From Candidatus Saccharimonadota bacterium (GTDB lineage: Bacteria > Pseudomonadota > Gammaproteobacteria > Enterobacterales > Enterobacteriaceae), in contig NZ_CP046222.1 in assembly GCF_012571795.1 (NCBI RefSeq), forward strand, positions 390,819-422,818: a stretch of DNA of 32,000 bases, given 5' to 3'. A program made the position numbers and the translations under genes. The notes beneath the pieces were generated by a model. The model made no database searches. It was not told the DNA's origin and saw nothing but the letters and a program-made list of their open reading frames with translations. The stretch's first letter is position 1. Each line of letters opens with the position of its first letter. This document shows positions 12,355 to 21,076 of this stretch, piece by piece.

Positions 12355-12525
12355 ATAAATATCCTAATATTTATAAAATAATTCATAATTATATTATGAA
12401 TATAATTTTCTTATTTAATAAGAATATAAATATTTTTATTATTTTATTCTTTAATTTTATTTAAATATTTATATACTATATAAAAAAACAATTCATTTTT
12501 TATTTTAATATCATCAAAGGTTAAT

Positions 12526-13587
12526 ATGTCAGAAATAAATAATATTAATAATGAACAACATATAATTATTCCTAAGGAATTAAAAAAACAATTACCTTTA
12601 TCTATAAAAGGTAAGGAAAGCATATTTCATGCGAGACAGACTATAAATAATATTTTAATAGGTAAAAATCCTAAATTATTAATTATCTGCGGACCATGTT
12701 CTGTACATAATATAAATGAAGCTATAGAATATTCACAATTTTTAAAAGAAATAAGTTCAAAAATTACAGATAATATTTATATAGTTATGAGAGTATATTT
12801 TGAAAAACCAAGAACAATTATTGGATGGAAAGGATTAATTAATGATCCAGATATGAATAATTCTTTTAATATTAATAAAGGACTTTATTTAGCTAGAGAA
12901 TTATTATTAAAATTAGTACAAAATAATATTGCTATAGCTACAGAAGTATTAGATCCTAATATAACTCATTATTTAGGTGATTTATTTAGTTGGTGTGCTA
13001 TTGGAGCACGCACTACAGAATCACAAATACATAGAGAAATTGCAGCTTCATTAAATATTCCAGTTGGTTTTAAAAATAATACAGATGGCAGTATTAATAG
13101 TGCTATCAATGCTATTAAAGCTGCTAATAATCAACATAGTTTTATTACTATTAATCAGAATGGTAAAGTATGTATTAGACATACTACTGGTAATAAACAT
13201 TGTCATGTAATCTTACGAGGTGGTAAAATACCTAATTATTATGCAGATGACATTAAAACATGTGAAAAAAATTTAATTTTAATGGGATTAAAACCAAAAA
13301 TTATGATAGATTGTAGTCATGGAAATTCTAATAAAAATTTTAAAAATCAAGAAAAAGTAGTAAATTCTGTTATATCACAAATTAAACAAGGTAATAAATC
13401 AATATTTGGTTTAATGTTAGAAAGTTATATTCATGAAGGTAATCAAATAATAGATAGTCAAAATAAATATTCTATAAAATATGGTATATCTGTAACAGAT
13501 GAATGTATAAATTTACAAACAACAGAAAATATTTTACATAAAATTTATTATGAACTAAAACAAATGCCATTACGTTTCTTATCATAA
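12526..13587 (+). CDS. aroF: 3-deoxy-7-phosphoheptulonate (DAHP) synthase, class I
   Basis: 353-aa ORF with LIICGPCSVH, MRVYFEKPRTIIGWKGLINDP, IGARTTESQIHRE, GFKNNTDGS and DCSHGNSNK. It sits 14 nt upstream of tyrA, as in the E. coli aroF-tyrA operon. The isozyme name (aroF versus aroG or aroH) rests on that synteny only. Confidence 0.9.
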   Translation: MSEINNINNEQHIIIPKELKKQLPLSIKGKESIFHARQTINNILIGKNPKLLIICGPCSVHNINEAIEYSQFLKEISSKITDNIYIVMRVYFEKPRTIIGWKGLINDPDMNNSFNINKGLYLARELLLKLVQNNIAIATEVLDPNITHYLGDLFSWCAIGARTTESQIHREIAASLNIPVGFKNNTDGSINSAINAIKAANNQHSFITINQNGKVCIRHTTGNKHCHVILRGGKIPNYYADDIKTCEKNLILMGLKPKIMIDCSHGNSNKNFKNQEKVVNSVISQIKQGNKSIFGLMLESYIHEGNQIIDSQNKYSIKYGISVTDECINLQTTENILHKIYYELKQMPLRFLS

Positions 13588-13601
13588 GAAGAACAAATAT
13601 T

Positions 13602-14720
13602 ATGATAAAAAAATTAGAATATAAACAAAATAATATTTTGAATAATAAATTAAATTTATTACGAGATAAAATAGATATTTTAGATACTAAGTTATTATCT
13701 ATTTTATCTAAAAGATATAATTTGGTTAAAAAAATAGGAAAAATTAAACAACAACATGGATTACCAGTTTATATACTTGAAAGAGAAAAGTATGTTATTA
13801 ATTTAAGAAAAAAAGAAGCAAAAAATATAGGGTTGTCTGCTAATTTTATTGAAAAAATTTTAAATAATATAATGTATGAATCTTATATATATGAAAATAT
13901 GGAAGGATTTAAAAAATTAAATATAAATTTAAAAAAAATACTCATTATAGGCAAAATATATAATACTGGATATATATTTAAAAAATTATTAACATTATCA
14001 AATTATGATGTATCGATGATTAATCATGATTTTTGGTTAATAAAAAATTTTCATTCTTACTTTATAGATGTAGAAATGATTATTTTAAATATATCTATAA
14101 CATCATTAAATGATGTATTAAAATATCTTCCAAAATTATCTAATAATTGTATTTTAGTAGATATTACACCTATTAAATATATTTCTATAAATAAAATTTT
14201 AGATCAATATAGTGGTCCTGTATTATATATATATCCTATATTACCTTCTAATAATATATCTATTTTAACTAAACAAAAAATTATATATAGTCATGGACGT
14301 TTGTCTAATATGTATAATTGGTTTTTAAAACAAATAAAATTATGGGGTGCAGAATTAGTGCATATAAAAGATCATAAAAATTATCAATATATATCTATAA
14401 TACAAGCATTACAATATTTTAATATGTTAACTATGAATGCTTTTTTATTAAAAGAAAAATACCAAAAAAAAATATTTAAAAAATTAATACCATTATTTAA
14501 TGATCTAGAATATAAATATTATAAAAATTTTTTCACAACTGATATAGTATTATATCAGCAAATATTAATATCAGTTCAGAAAAAATTTAATTTATATGAA
14601 CAATATATAAATCATTTAAATAATATTTTATTTTTAATAAAAAACAAAAATATTAATGATATTAATAATATTAATCATAGAATAAAAGAATTTTATAATA
14701 TAAATGATCATCAAAATTAA
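13602..14720 (+). CDS. tyrA: T-protein homologue: chorismate mutase / prephenate dehydrogenase (dehydrogenase-domain motifs degenerate, see findings)
   Basis: 372-aa ORF collinear with E. coli TyrA (373 aa). The CM domain LNLLRDKIDILDTKLLSILSKRYNLVKKIGKIKQQHGLPVYILEREK...IMYESY is well conserved. The C-terminal domain is alignable through anchors LTLSNYDV, ILVD, SGPVL, WFLKQIKLWGA and IIQAL. Confidence 0.9.
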   Translation: MIKKLEYKQNNILNNKLNLLRDKIDILDTKLLSILSKRYNLVKKIGKIKQQHGLPVYILEREKYVINLRKKEAKNIGLSANFIEKILNNIMYESYIYENMEGFKKLNINLKKILIIGKIYNTGYIFKKLLTLSNYDVSMINHDFWLIKNFHSYFIDVEMIILNISITSLNDVLKYLPKLSNNCILVDITPIKYISINKILDQYSGPVLYIYPILPSNNISILTKQKIIYSHGRLSNMYNWFLKQIKLWGAELVHIKDHKNYQYISIIQALQYFNMLTMNAFLLKEKYQKKIFKKLIPLFNDLEYKYYKNFFTTDIVLYQQILISVQKKFNLYEQYINHLNNILFLIKNKNINDINNINHRIKEFYNINDHQN

Positions 14721-14834
14721 TATATAAAAAAATAACATTATAATATGTTATATAAATTATTATTTCATTATTTTTGTAAACTTAACATATTTTTTATGTT
14801 AAGTTTTTTAATAATATACATAAAAAATACATTA

Positions 14835-15769
14835 ATGATAAAATTTAAATATAAAATTATAGTTAATAAAATAGAAAAAAATATTCGATTAGATTATTTT
14901 CTTTCTACAAAACTAAAAAGTTTTTCTAGAAATCAAATTAAAAGTTGGATTATAAATAATTATATAACAATTAATAATCATATTATTAATATACCTAAAA
15001 AAAAATTTTATTATATGATAAAATTGAAATTAATGCTTATATAAATAATAATAATACCATATGGAAAGCACAATATCTTCCATTAAAAATTATTTATGAA
15101 GATGCTTATTTATTAGTAATAGATAAATCTATAAATATTGTTGTACATCCTGGCAACAAAAATAGAGATAATACAATATTTAATGCATTATTATATAATT
15201 ATCATTTTTTAAGAGATTTGCCAAGAGCTGGTATTATACATAGATTAGATAAAGATACTACAGGATTAATGTTAGTAGCTAAAGATATGTTAACATATAT
15301 ATATCTAAAAAATTTATTAAAAAAACATAAAATTATTCGAGAATATGAAACTATTGTATATGGTATTATAAAAAATGATCAAATTATTAATTTACCTATA
15401 AAAAAAGTATATTTTAATAATATAATTAAAATGATTATTCATTCTACAGGCAAAGAATCTATTACTAAATTATTTGTAAAAAAACATTTTGTTAAATACA
15501 CATATCTAAGAGTACAATTATATACTGGTAGAACACATCAAATTCGCACTCATCTATCTTATATAAAACATGGCATTATAGGTGATCCTTTATATAAACA
15601 ATTAAATATATCAAATAATATGTTATTTGATTTAATTAATCGTCAAGCATTACATGCATGTTATTTAAAATTTAGACATCCTGTTTTTAATAATATATTG
15701 ACTTTATATTCTAAGTTACCTAAAGATATACAAAATGTATTAGATTTTTTAAAAAAAATATCATATTAA
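14835..15769 (+). pseudogene. rluD: 23S rRNA pseudouridine synthase RluD, reading frame broken by a 1-nt deficit in an A9 tract (14997-15005); possibly still expressed by slippage
   Basis: The N-terminal S4 domain (MIKFKYKIIVNKIEKNIRLDYFLS...INIPKKK) is in the frame of track ORF 14745-15044. The rest (ILLYDKIEINAYI...PLKIIYEDAYLLVIDKS...HRLDKDTTGLMLVAK...GRTHQIRTHL) continues in the -1 frame, open from 14999 to 15769. Track ORF 15218-15769 is only its TTG-initiated tail. The likely true start is the ATG at 14835. Confidence 0.88.
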
Positions 15770-15971
15770 ATTATATAAAATAATTTTTAATATAGAAAAA
15801 ATTATTTTTTTATAATACAATAATAATCATAATATTAATTATTATATTTATTACTATAAATAGTATAGAATACTTAAAAATTGTATTTAAATTATTTATT
15901 AAATTTTTTGTAAAATAATTAATATTACATATAAATAATATTACTTACATTATTATAGAGTTATACACATT

Positions 15972-16607
15972 ATGAATATCAAAAAAAATGTATTATTAAT
16001 AATATTGTTTATTACTACTTTAATACCTAATTGTATACAAGCTAGTATTAATCAAAATATTAATAATGTTTCTCAACAACATGTTACACACAAAAAACAT
16101 ATAATAGAATTTTTTTCATTTTTATGCCCACGTTGTTATAAATTTTTTATTATTACTAATAATAAAAAAAGTATTAGTAGTAAATATATCATTACTAAAT
16201 ATCATGTTAGTACAACAAATTCAGAATTAAATATGTTAGCAAGTTATAATTGGGTTATTGCACAAGCATTAAATGTTGAAGATCAGGTTATACAACCATT
16301 ATTTGAAGGTATTCAAAATAATACTATTTATGATTATCCAACAATGAAAAAAGCATTTATTAATGCTGCTACTAATATAAATGAACAACAATATGATGCT
16401 GCTTGGGATAGTTTTTTAATTAAAGGATTATTTATGCAGCAAGATAAATTAATTGAACATTATAAAATATCTAATTTGCCTGCTTTTGTTATTAATACAA
16501 ATATAATTAGTATGAATAATATATTAAATAATTGTAAAAAAAATTGTTTGGCAAATATTTTAAAATTAATTAATAAATCTTATACATATAAAAATATTAA
16601 TATATAA
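15972..16607 (+). CDS. dsbA: Periplasmic thiol:disulfide oxidoreductase DsbA
   Basis: 211-aa ORF with a signal-peptide-like N-terminus (LLIILFITTLIPNCIQA). The thioredoxin-fold active site is FFSFLCPRCYKF; E. coli has FFSFFCPHCYQF. Confidence 0.9.
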   Translation: MNIKKNVLLIILFITTLIPNCIQASINQNINNVSQQHVTHKKHIIEFFSFLCPRCYKFFIITNNKKSISSKYIITKYHVSTTNSELNMLASYNWVIAQALNVEDQVIQPLFEGIQNNTIYDYPTMKKAFINAATNINEQQYDAAWDSFLIKGLFMQQDKLIEHYKISNLPAFVINTNIISMNNILNNCKKNCLANILKLINKSYTYKNINI

Positions 16608-16638
16608 TATTTTTATGTAAAAGTTGTATATAAAATAT

Positions 16639-17427
16639 ATGAATAATAATCTAATTTTAATAGATGGATCTTTATTATTATATCGTGCTTATTATGCATT
16701 ACCTTGTTTATTTAATAAACAAGGTCATCCTATGAATGCAATATACGGTTTTATTAGTATATTTAAAAAAATTATTAATTTATATGTTAATAGTAATATT
16801 GTTGTTATTTTTGATTCGCCAGGCAATTCTTTTAGAAAAAAAATATTTAATCAATATAAACAACAAAGAAAAAAAATGCCTAATAATCTTATTATACAAA
16901 AACAAAAATTATATAAAATTATTCAATATATGGGCTATCAAGTTATATCTATAAAAAATGTAGAAGCAGATGATATTATTGGTACTTTAGCATTAACATA
17001 TATAAAATATAATTTTTTAGTTTTTATTGTAAGTTTAGATAAAGATTTTGCACAATTAGTATCTAATTATATTTTTTTACTCAATCCTATAACTTTTAAA
17101 ATATTAAAATCCGAAGATGTTTATCATAAGTATGGTGTATATCCACAATTAATTAGTGATTTATTAGCATTATCTGGTGATTATACAGATAATATACCTG
17201 GAATTCCTGGCATAGGTATCAAAACAGCACAATTATTACTTAATAATTTTGGCAATTTAATTTCTATTTATAAAAATATAGATCAAATATTTATTCCTAG
17301 AAAAAAAAACATACATATTCAATTAATGAAATATAAAAAAAAAGTATTTTTTTATCATCAATTAACTAAAATCAATACTAATATTTATTTAGAAAAAAAA
17401 TTTTTAATTAATATTAAAAATTCATAA
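16639..17427 (+). CDS. polA: DNA polymerase I remnant: 5'-3' exonuclease (FEN) domain only
   Basis: NLILIDGSLLLYRAYYALP...VVIFDSPGNSFRKKIF..YKQQRKKMP...VEADDIIGTLA...GDYTDNIPGIPGIGIKTAQLLL aligns with residues about 1-290 of E. coli PolA. The ORF stops 22 nt before the convergent engB. The track ORF starts at TTG 16624; ATG 16639 fits the PolA N-terminus better. Confidence 0.9.
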   Translation: MNNNLILIDGSLLLYRAYYALPCLFNKQGHPMNAIYGFISIFKKIINLYVNSNIVVIFDSPGNSFRKKIFNQYKQQRKKMPNNLIIQKQKLYKIIQYMGYQVISIKNVEADDIIGTLALTYIKYNFLVFIVSLDKDFAQLVSNYIFLLNPITFKILKSEDVYHKYGVYPQLISDLLALSGDYTDNIPGIPGIGIKTAQLLLNNFGNLISIYKNIDQIFIPRKKNIHIQLMKYKKKVFFYHQLTKINTNIYLEKKFLINIKNS

Positions 17428-17449
17428 TGTTTAATAATTATTACATAAA

Positions 17450-18049
17450 CTACAACCAACCATTAATAGTGTTTTTTAATATCTTGATATTATTTTTTTT
17501 TATAGAAGAAAATACTAAAATATTCATATAATAATTATTAATATTAGTTAACTTAATAATTTGTTGTTTTAATAAAAAAGTCTGTTTTTTTATATTATTT
17601 AAGGATAATTTATCAGATTTATTTAGTATTAATAATACTGGCTTATTATAAAATAATATTTTTTTTAAAAGAATAATATCAATTTCTTTTAATAGTCGTC
17701 GAATATCAACTAATAATAATATTCCTTTTAAAGAATTTCTATGTATAAGATATTTTTTTAAAAAATTAAAATAATGGTATGATATATGTTTTTTAAATTT
17801 ATTATATCCATAACCAGGCATATCTAAAAAACATAAATGTTTATTACAAAAAATATTTATTTTTTTTGTGTTTCCTGGTAATTTACTAATTCTAGATATA
17901 TTTTTATTTGATAAAGTATTAATAATAGTTGATTTACCTACATTAGAATAACCTATTAAAATAATCTCATTGTAAATATCATAATGTAATTCATGTATAT
18001 TAGTAATACTATAAGAGTAATTAATATTATTAAAATTTTTTATGGACAT
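17450..18049 (-). CDS. engB: Ribosome-biogenesis GTPase EngB/YihA
   Basis: 199-aa ORF with G1 GYSNVGKSTIINTL, G3 DMPGYG and G4 NKSDK. It is convergent with polA, as in E. coli. Confidence 0.92.
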   Translation of the reverse strand: MSIKNFNNINYSYSITNIHELHYDIYNEIILIGYSNVGKSTIINTLSNKNISRISKLPGNTKKINIFCNKHLCFLDMPGYGYNKFKKHISYHYFNFLKKYLIHRNSLKGILLLVDIRRLLKEIDIILLKKILFYNKPVLLILNKSDKLSLNNIKKQTFLLKQQIIKLTNINNYYMNILVFSSIKKNNIKILKNTINGWL

Positions 18050-18133
18050 AGTATTTTTATAAAATTTAACAAGTTATTTTACTTTAAATAAAATTATAAA
18101 ATATATAATAAATATTTATATTGAGAAAAATTT

Positions 18134-19966
18134 ATGCAAAAAATACGTAATATAGCTATTATAGCACATGTTGATCATGGTAAAACCACTTTATTAGATA
18201 AATTATTAGAACAATCTGATTCATATAATAATAAAAAAATTATAAATTATAAACATCAACAAAGACTAATGGATACTAATTACTTAGAAAAAGAAAAAGG
18301 AATAACTATTTTTTCTAAACAAACTACTATTTTTTGGAATGATTATCAAATTAATATTATTGATACCCCTGGGCATACAGATTTAAGTGCAGAAGTTGAA
18401 AGAATATTATCAATGGTGGATTCTGTATTATTAGTTGTTGATGCTATAGAAGGACCTATGCCACAAACTAGATTTGTGACACAAAAATCTTTTGAATATA
18501 ATTTAAAACCTATTATAATTATAAATAAAATTGATAGAAAACCAAATAGAATTGACTGGGTAATAAATCAAATATTTGATTTATTTATCGAGTTAAATGC
18601 TTCAGATATACAATTAGATTTTCCTATTATATATACTTCTGCCATTAATGGTACATCTGGATATAAAACAAATTTAATAGAAAAAAATATGGATGCTGTA
18701 TTTAATAGTATTATAAAATATACACCTCATCCTAATGTAAATATACACGGTCCTTTTCAAATGCAAGTTTCACAAATTAAATATGATAAATATTTAGGTA
18801 ATGTCTGTTTTGGATTAATTAAAAGAGGTCATATAAATATTAATGATTTTGTAACTACAGTTGATAAAAATAAAAAAAATATAAAAATAAAAATATTATA
18901 TTTAATACAAAATATAGGACTTAAAGAACAATATTTAGATTGTGCTTATGCAGGTAATATAATTGGTATTGCAGGAACAAATTTACATGATATTCATATT
19001 TCTGATACTATATGTAATAATAATTATTATGAAGCTTTACCTGCATTGAAAATTGATCCTCCTAAAATTAATATATTATTTCATGTTAATAATTCGCCAT
19101 TTGCTGGTCAAGAAGGACAATATGTAACATCTACAAAAATATTGAATAGATTAACTAAAGAATGTTTATATAATATATCATTAAAAGTAAAATCAACAAA
19201 TGATAATATTTTTTGTGTATCTGGTAGAGGAACATTACATTTATCTCTGTTAATTGAAAACATGCGTAGAGAAGGTTATGAATTTGCTATATCTAAACCT
19301 AAAATTATAGAATGTATAATAAATAATGAAAAACATGAACCTTTTGAAATATTAATTTTAGATTTTCAATCTAATAAAAAAGGAAAAATTATAGAATATA
19401 TAAGTAATAAAAAAGCTATTATTAATAATATTTTATTAAGTAAAACCAATAATAGAATTATTATTGAATGTATCATATCTAGTAGAGCATTAATTGGTTT
19501 TAGAACAGAATTTATGAATATAACTGCTGGTACAGGTATTATGAATTCATTCTTTAGTCATTATAGTAAAAAAAATAATGGTTTTATAAATAAAAGAAAT
19601 AATGGAGTACTCATTTCTAACAGTACAGGTTATGCAGTATCATTTGCTTTATCACATTTACAATCTAGAGGTATATTATTTATAAAACCAGGAGAAAAAA
19701 TTTATGAAGGACAAATTGTAGGCATACATAATAAATCTAATGATCTTACAGTAAATTGTTTACAAAATAAAAAATTAACAAATATGAGAGCTTCTGGTAG
19801 TGATAATGCTATTATTTTAGTACCTAATAAAAACATATCTCTTGAATATGCTATAGATTTTATTAATGACGATGAATTAATAGAAATTACACCTACATCC
19901 ATTAGATTTCGCAAACAATTTTTAAAAGAAAAACAAAGAAGAATACATAATAAAAACCAAATATAA
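18134..19966 (+). CDS. typA: Translational GTPase TypA/BipA
   Basis: 610-aa ORF with IRNIAIIAHVDHGKTTLLDKLL, DTPGH and NKIDR. The full length is collinear with E. coli BipA. Confidence 0.95.
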   Translation: MQKIRNIAIIAHVDHGKTTLLDKLLEQSDSYNNKKIINYKHQQRLMDTNYLEKEKGITIFSKQTTIFWNDYQINIIDTPGHTDLSAEVERILSMVDSVLLVVDAIEGPMPQTRFVTQKSFEYNLKPIIIINKIDRKPNRIDWVINQIFDLFIELNASDIQLDFPIIYTSAINGTSGYKTNLIEKNMDAVFNSIIKYTPHPNVNIHGPFQMQVSQIKYDKYLGNVCFGLIKRGHININDFVTTVDKNKKNIKIKILYLIQNIGLKEQYLDCAYAGNIIGIAGTNLHDIHISDTICNNNYYEALPALKIDPPKINILFHVNNSPFAGQEGQYVTSTKILNRLTKECLYNISLKVKSTNDNIFCVSGRGTLHLSLLIENMRREGYEFAISKPKIIECIINNEKHEPFEILILDFQSNKKGKIIEYISNKKAIINNILLSKTNNRIIIECIISSRALIGFRTEFMNITAGTGIMNSFFSHYSKKNNGFINKRNNGVLISNSTGYAVSFALSHLQSRGILFIKPGEKIYEGQIVGIHNKSNDLTVNCLQNKKLTNMRASGSDNAIILVPNKNISLEYAIDFINDDELIEITPTSIRFRKQFLKEKQRRIHNKNQI

Positions 19967-20022
19967 TATGATATATAATATCAATTAATTATTTTATTAA
20001 AAAATAATAAAAAAATTATTTA

Positions 20023-20381
20023 TGGAGCTGGGGGGATTCGAACCCCCGTCCAAAAATACTACACTATTAGCAACTACATGTTTAGTTTCATACTAATAAT
20101 TCAATAATATTAACTGATGAACAAAGTTATAATATTACCTAAGTCTATTAATAATTTAACATATAATATTAGACTTATTATATGCGATCTCTTTTGTTAT
20201 GACTTGTATTTTATATCAAAGAGCAAATAATAAAATACAAGACGCCTTCAGTGTTTTAAGCTGCTAAAGCGTAATTGTTGTTTTTTGCATTTATTATTAT
20301 ACGGTTTTTTTACAAGGCCTACCGTATTACCTTGACATGCTCTTCAAGTTTCATAATTTTGTCGAATCCAAAATCAGCCCC
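20023..20381 (-). ncRNA. ssrA: tmRNA (SsrA), 359 nt, 3'-CCA not genomically encoded
   Basis: On the minus strand the 5' end is GGGGCTGATTTTGGATTCGAC and the 3' end is GGACGGGGGTTCGAATCCCCCCAGCTCCA. They form the tRNA-Ala-like acceptor stem with a G3:U pair and a T-arm. There is an internal tag ORF. The region is the only GC-enriched non-coding stretch in the window and lies directly downstream of smpB. Confidence 0.95.
20256..20288 (-). other. tmRNA tag reading frame: GCA AAA AAC AAC AAT TAC GCT TTA GCA GCT TAA, encoding AKNNNYALAA plus stop
   Basis: It aligns position for position with the E. coli tmRNA resume codon and tag (GCA AAC GAC GAA AAC TAC GCT TTA GCA GCT TAA, ANDENYALAA). The YALAA terminus is conserved. 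Confidence 0.85.
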
Positions 20382-20390
20382 AAAATAAAA

Positions 20391-20848
20391 TTATTTATAT
20401 TTTTTTATACGTAATTTATTAATATTCCATTCTTTTAATTTTAATAAATTTCTTTTATCAAAATTTTTCTTTCCTTTAGCAATAGCTATATTTGCTTTAC
20501 AAAAAGATTTTTTCCAATATAAACCTATAACTACAATAGTAAAACTTTTATTTTTTATATAAGTTTGTAAAAATTCAATTTCTTTTTTATGTAAAAGTAA
20601 TTCCTTATTTCTATCACATATATATTTTACATGACTACAATGCGTAATTAATGGTGTTATTTTGGTATTAAGCAGATATATTTTACCATTAGGTAATATA
20701 TTTACATAACTATTATTAATAGTAACATTTCCTAATCGTAATGATTTTACCTCCCATCCTTGTAAAATTATCCCAGCCTCTATATTTTTTTGTATAAAAA
20801 AATTATGATAAATTTTTTTATTTAAAACAATATATTTTTTTTTTTCAT
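20391..20848 (-). pseudogene. smpB: SsrA-binding protein SmpB; the only ATG is out of frame, separated from the conserved frame by an A11 tract (1-nt deficit); possibly expressed by slippage or a non-canonical start
   Basis: No track ORF here. My minus-strand translation gives [145 protein letters not shown]. This is collinear with E. coli SmpB. The span is 458 nt, one short of a multiple of three. Confidence 0.88.
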
Positions 20849-21076
20849 TTTTATTAATATAAGTCTATAATATACAAATATTATATATTTGAAAATTAAT
20901 TTCAAATAATAAATACATATAATAAAATAATTATAGTTTAATATAAAATTATATTAATTTAAAGTATTTTTTATAATTTATAATTATTTATTTTTACATT
21001 TATTTGTATTTTTTTATATTATATTAATTATAAAAACATATAATAAATATTTTATATTATTAATGAGGTTATTTAA

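Noticed and set aside
12381-12401. Perfect 21-bp palindrome ATTCATAAT-TAT-ATTATGAAT in the parC/aroF divergent spacer; considered as an operator. Also searched for TyrR boxes (TGTAAA-N6-TTTACA).
   Set aside because: My rough estimate is that about 10-20 palindromes with 9-bp arms arise by chance in 32 kb at this composition. No TyrR-box match was seen. It cannot be told apart from chance.
12952-12972. DAHP synthase segment DPNITHY versus E. coli AroF DPNSPQY or AroG DMITPQY; considered as a feedback-resistance substitution (the AroG P150 equivalent is Thr here)
   Set aside because: The known AroF resistance site (the Pro in LDPN) is conserved here. Transferring the AroG P150 effect to this isozyme is unsupported, and the drift may be neutral.
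14745-14834. 30-codon hydrophobic N-terminal extension of the first rluD fragment (MLYKLLFHYFCKLNIFFMLSFLIIYIKNTL)
   Set aside because: E. coli RluD alignment begins at the internal Met (14835). The extension is probably just open upstream sequence, not a signal peptide.
15777-15811. 12-bp A/T-only hairpin (AAAATAATTTTT / AAAAATTATTTT) followed by TTT, downstream of rluD
   Set aside because: It may be a weak intrinsic terminator. An all-A/T stem is marginally stable, though, and common by chance in this DNA, so I do not report it as a feature.
16736-16954. 72-aa alternative-frame ORF inside polA
   Set aside because: It overlaps the conserved 5'-nuclease frame. It is an L/I/K/Y-rich chance ORF.
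19702-19914. 70-aa ORF antisense to typA
   Set aside because: It is embedded in a strongly conserved gene and has no motifs.
20887-20907. Near-palindrome ATTTGAAA-ATTAA-TTTCAAAT containing TTGAAA, upstream of grpE; considered as a sigma-32 -35 element with ACATATA as a CCCCATNT-like -10
   Set aside because: The spacing is about 19 nt, too long. The -10 lacks the C-run. The site is about 155 nt from the grpE ATG, and such matches are expected by chance here.
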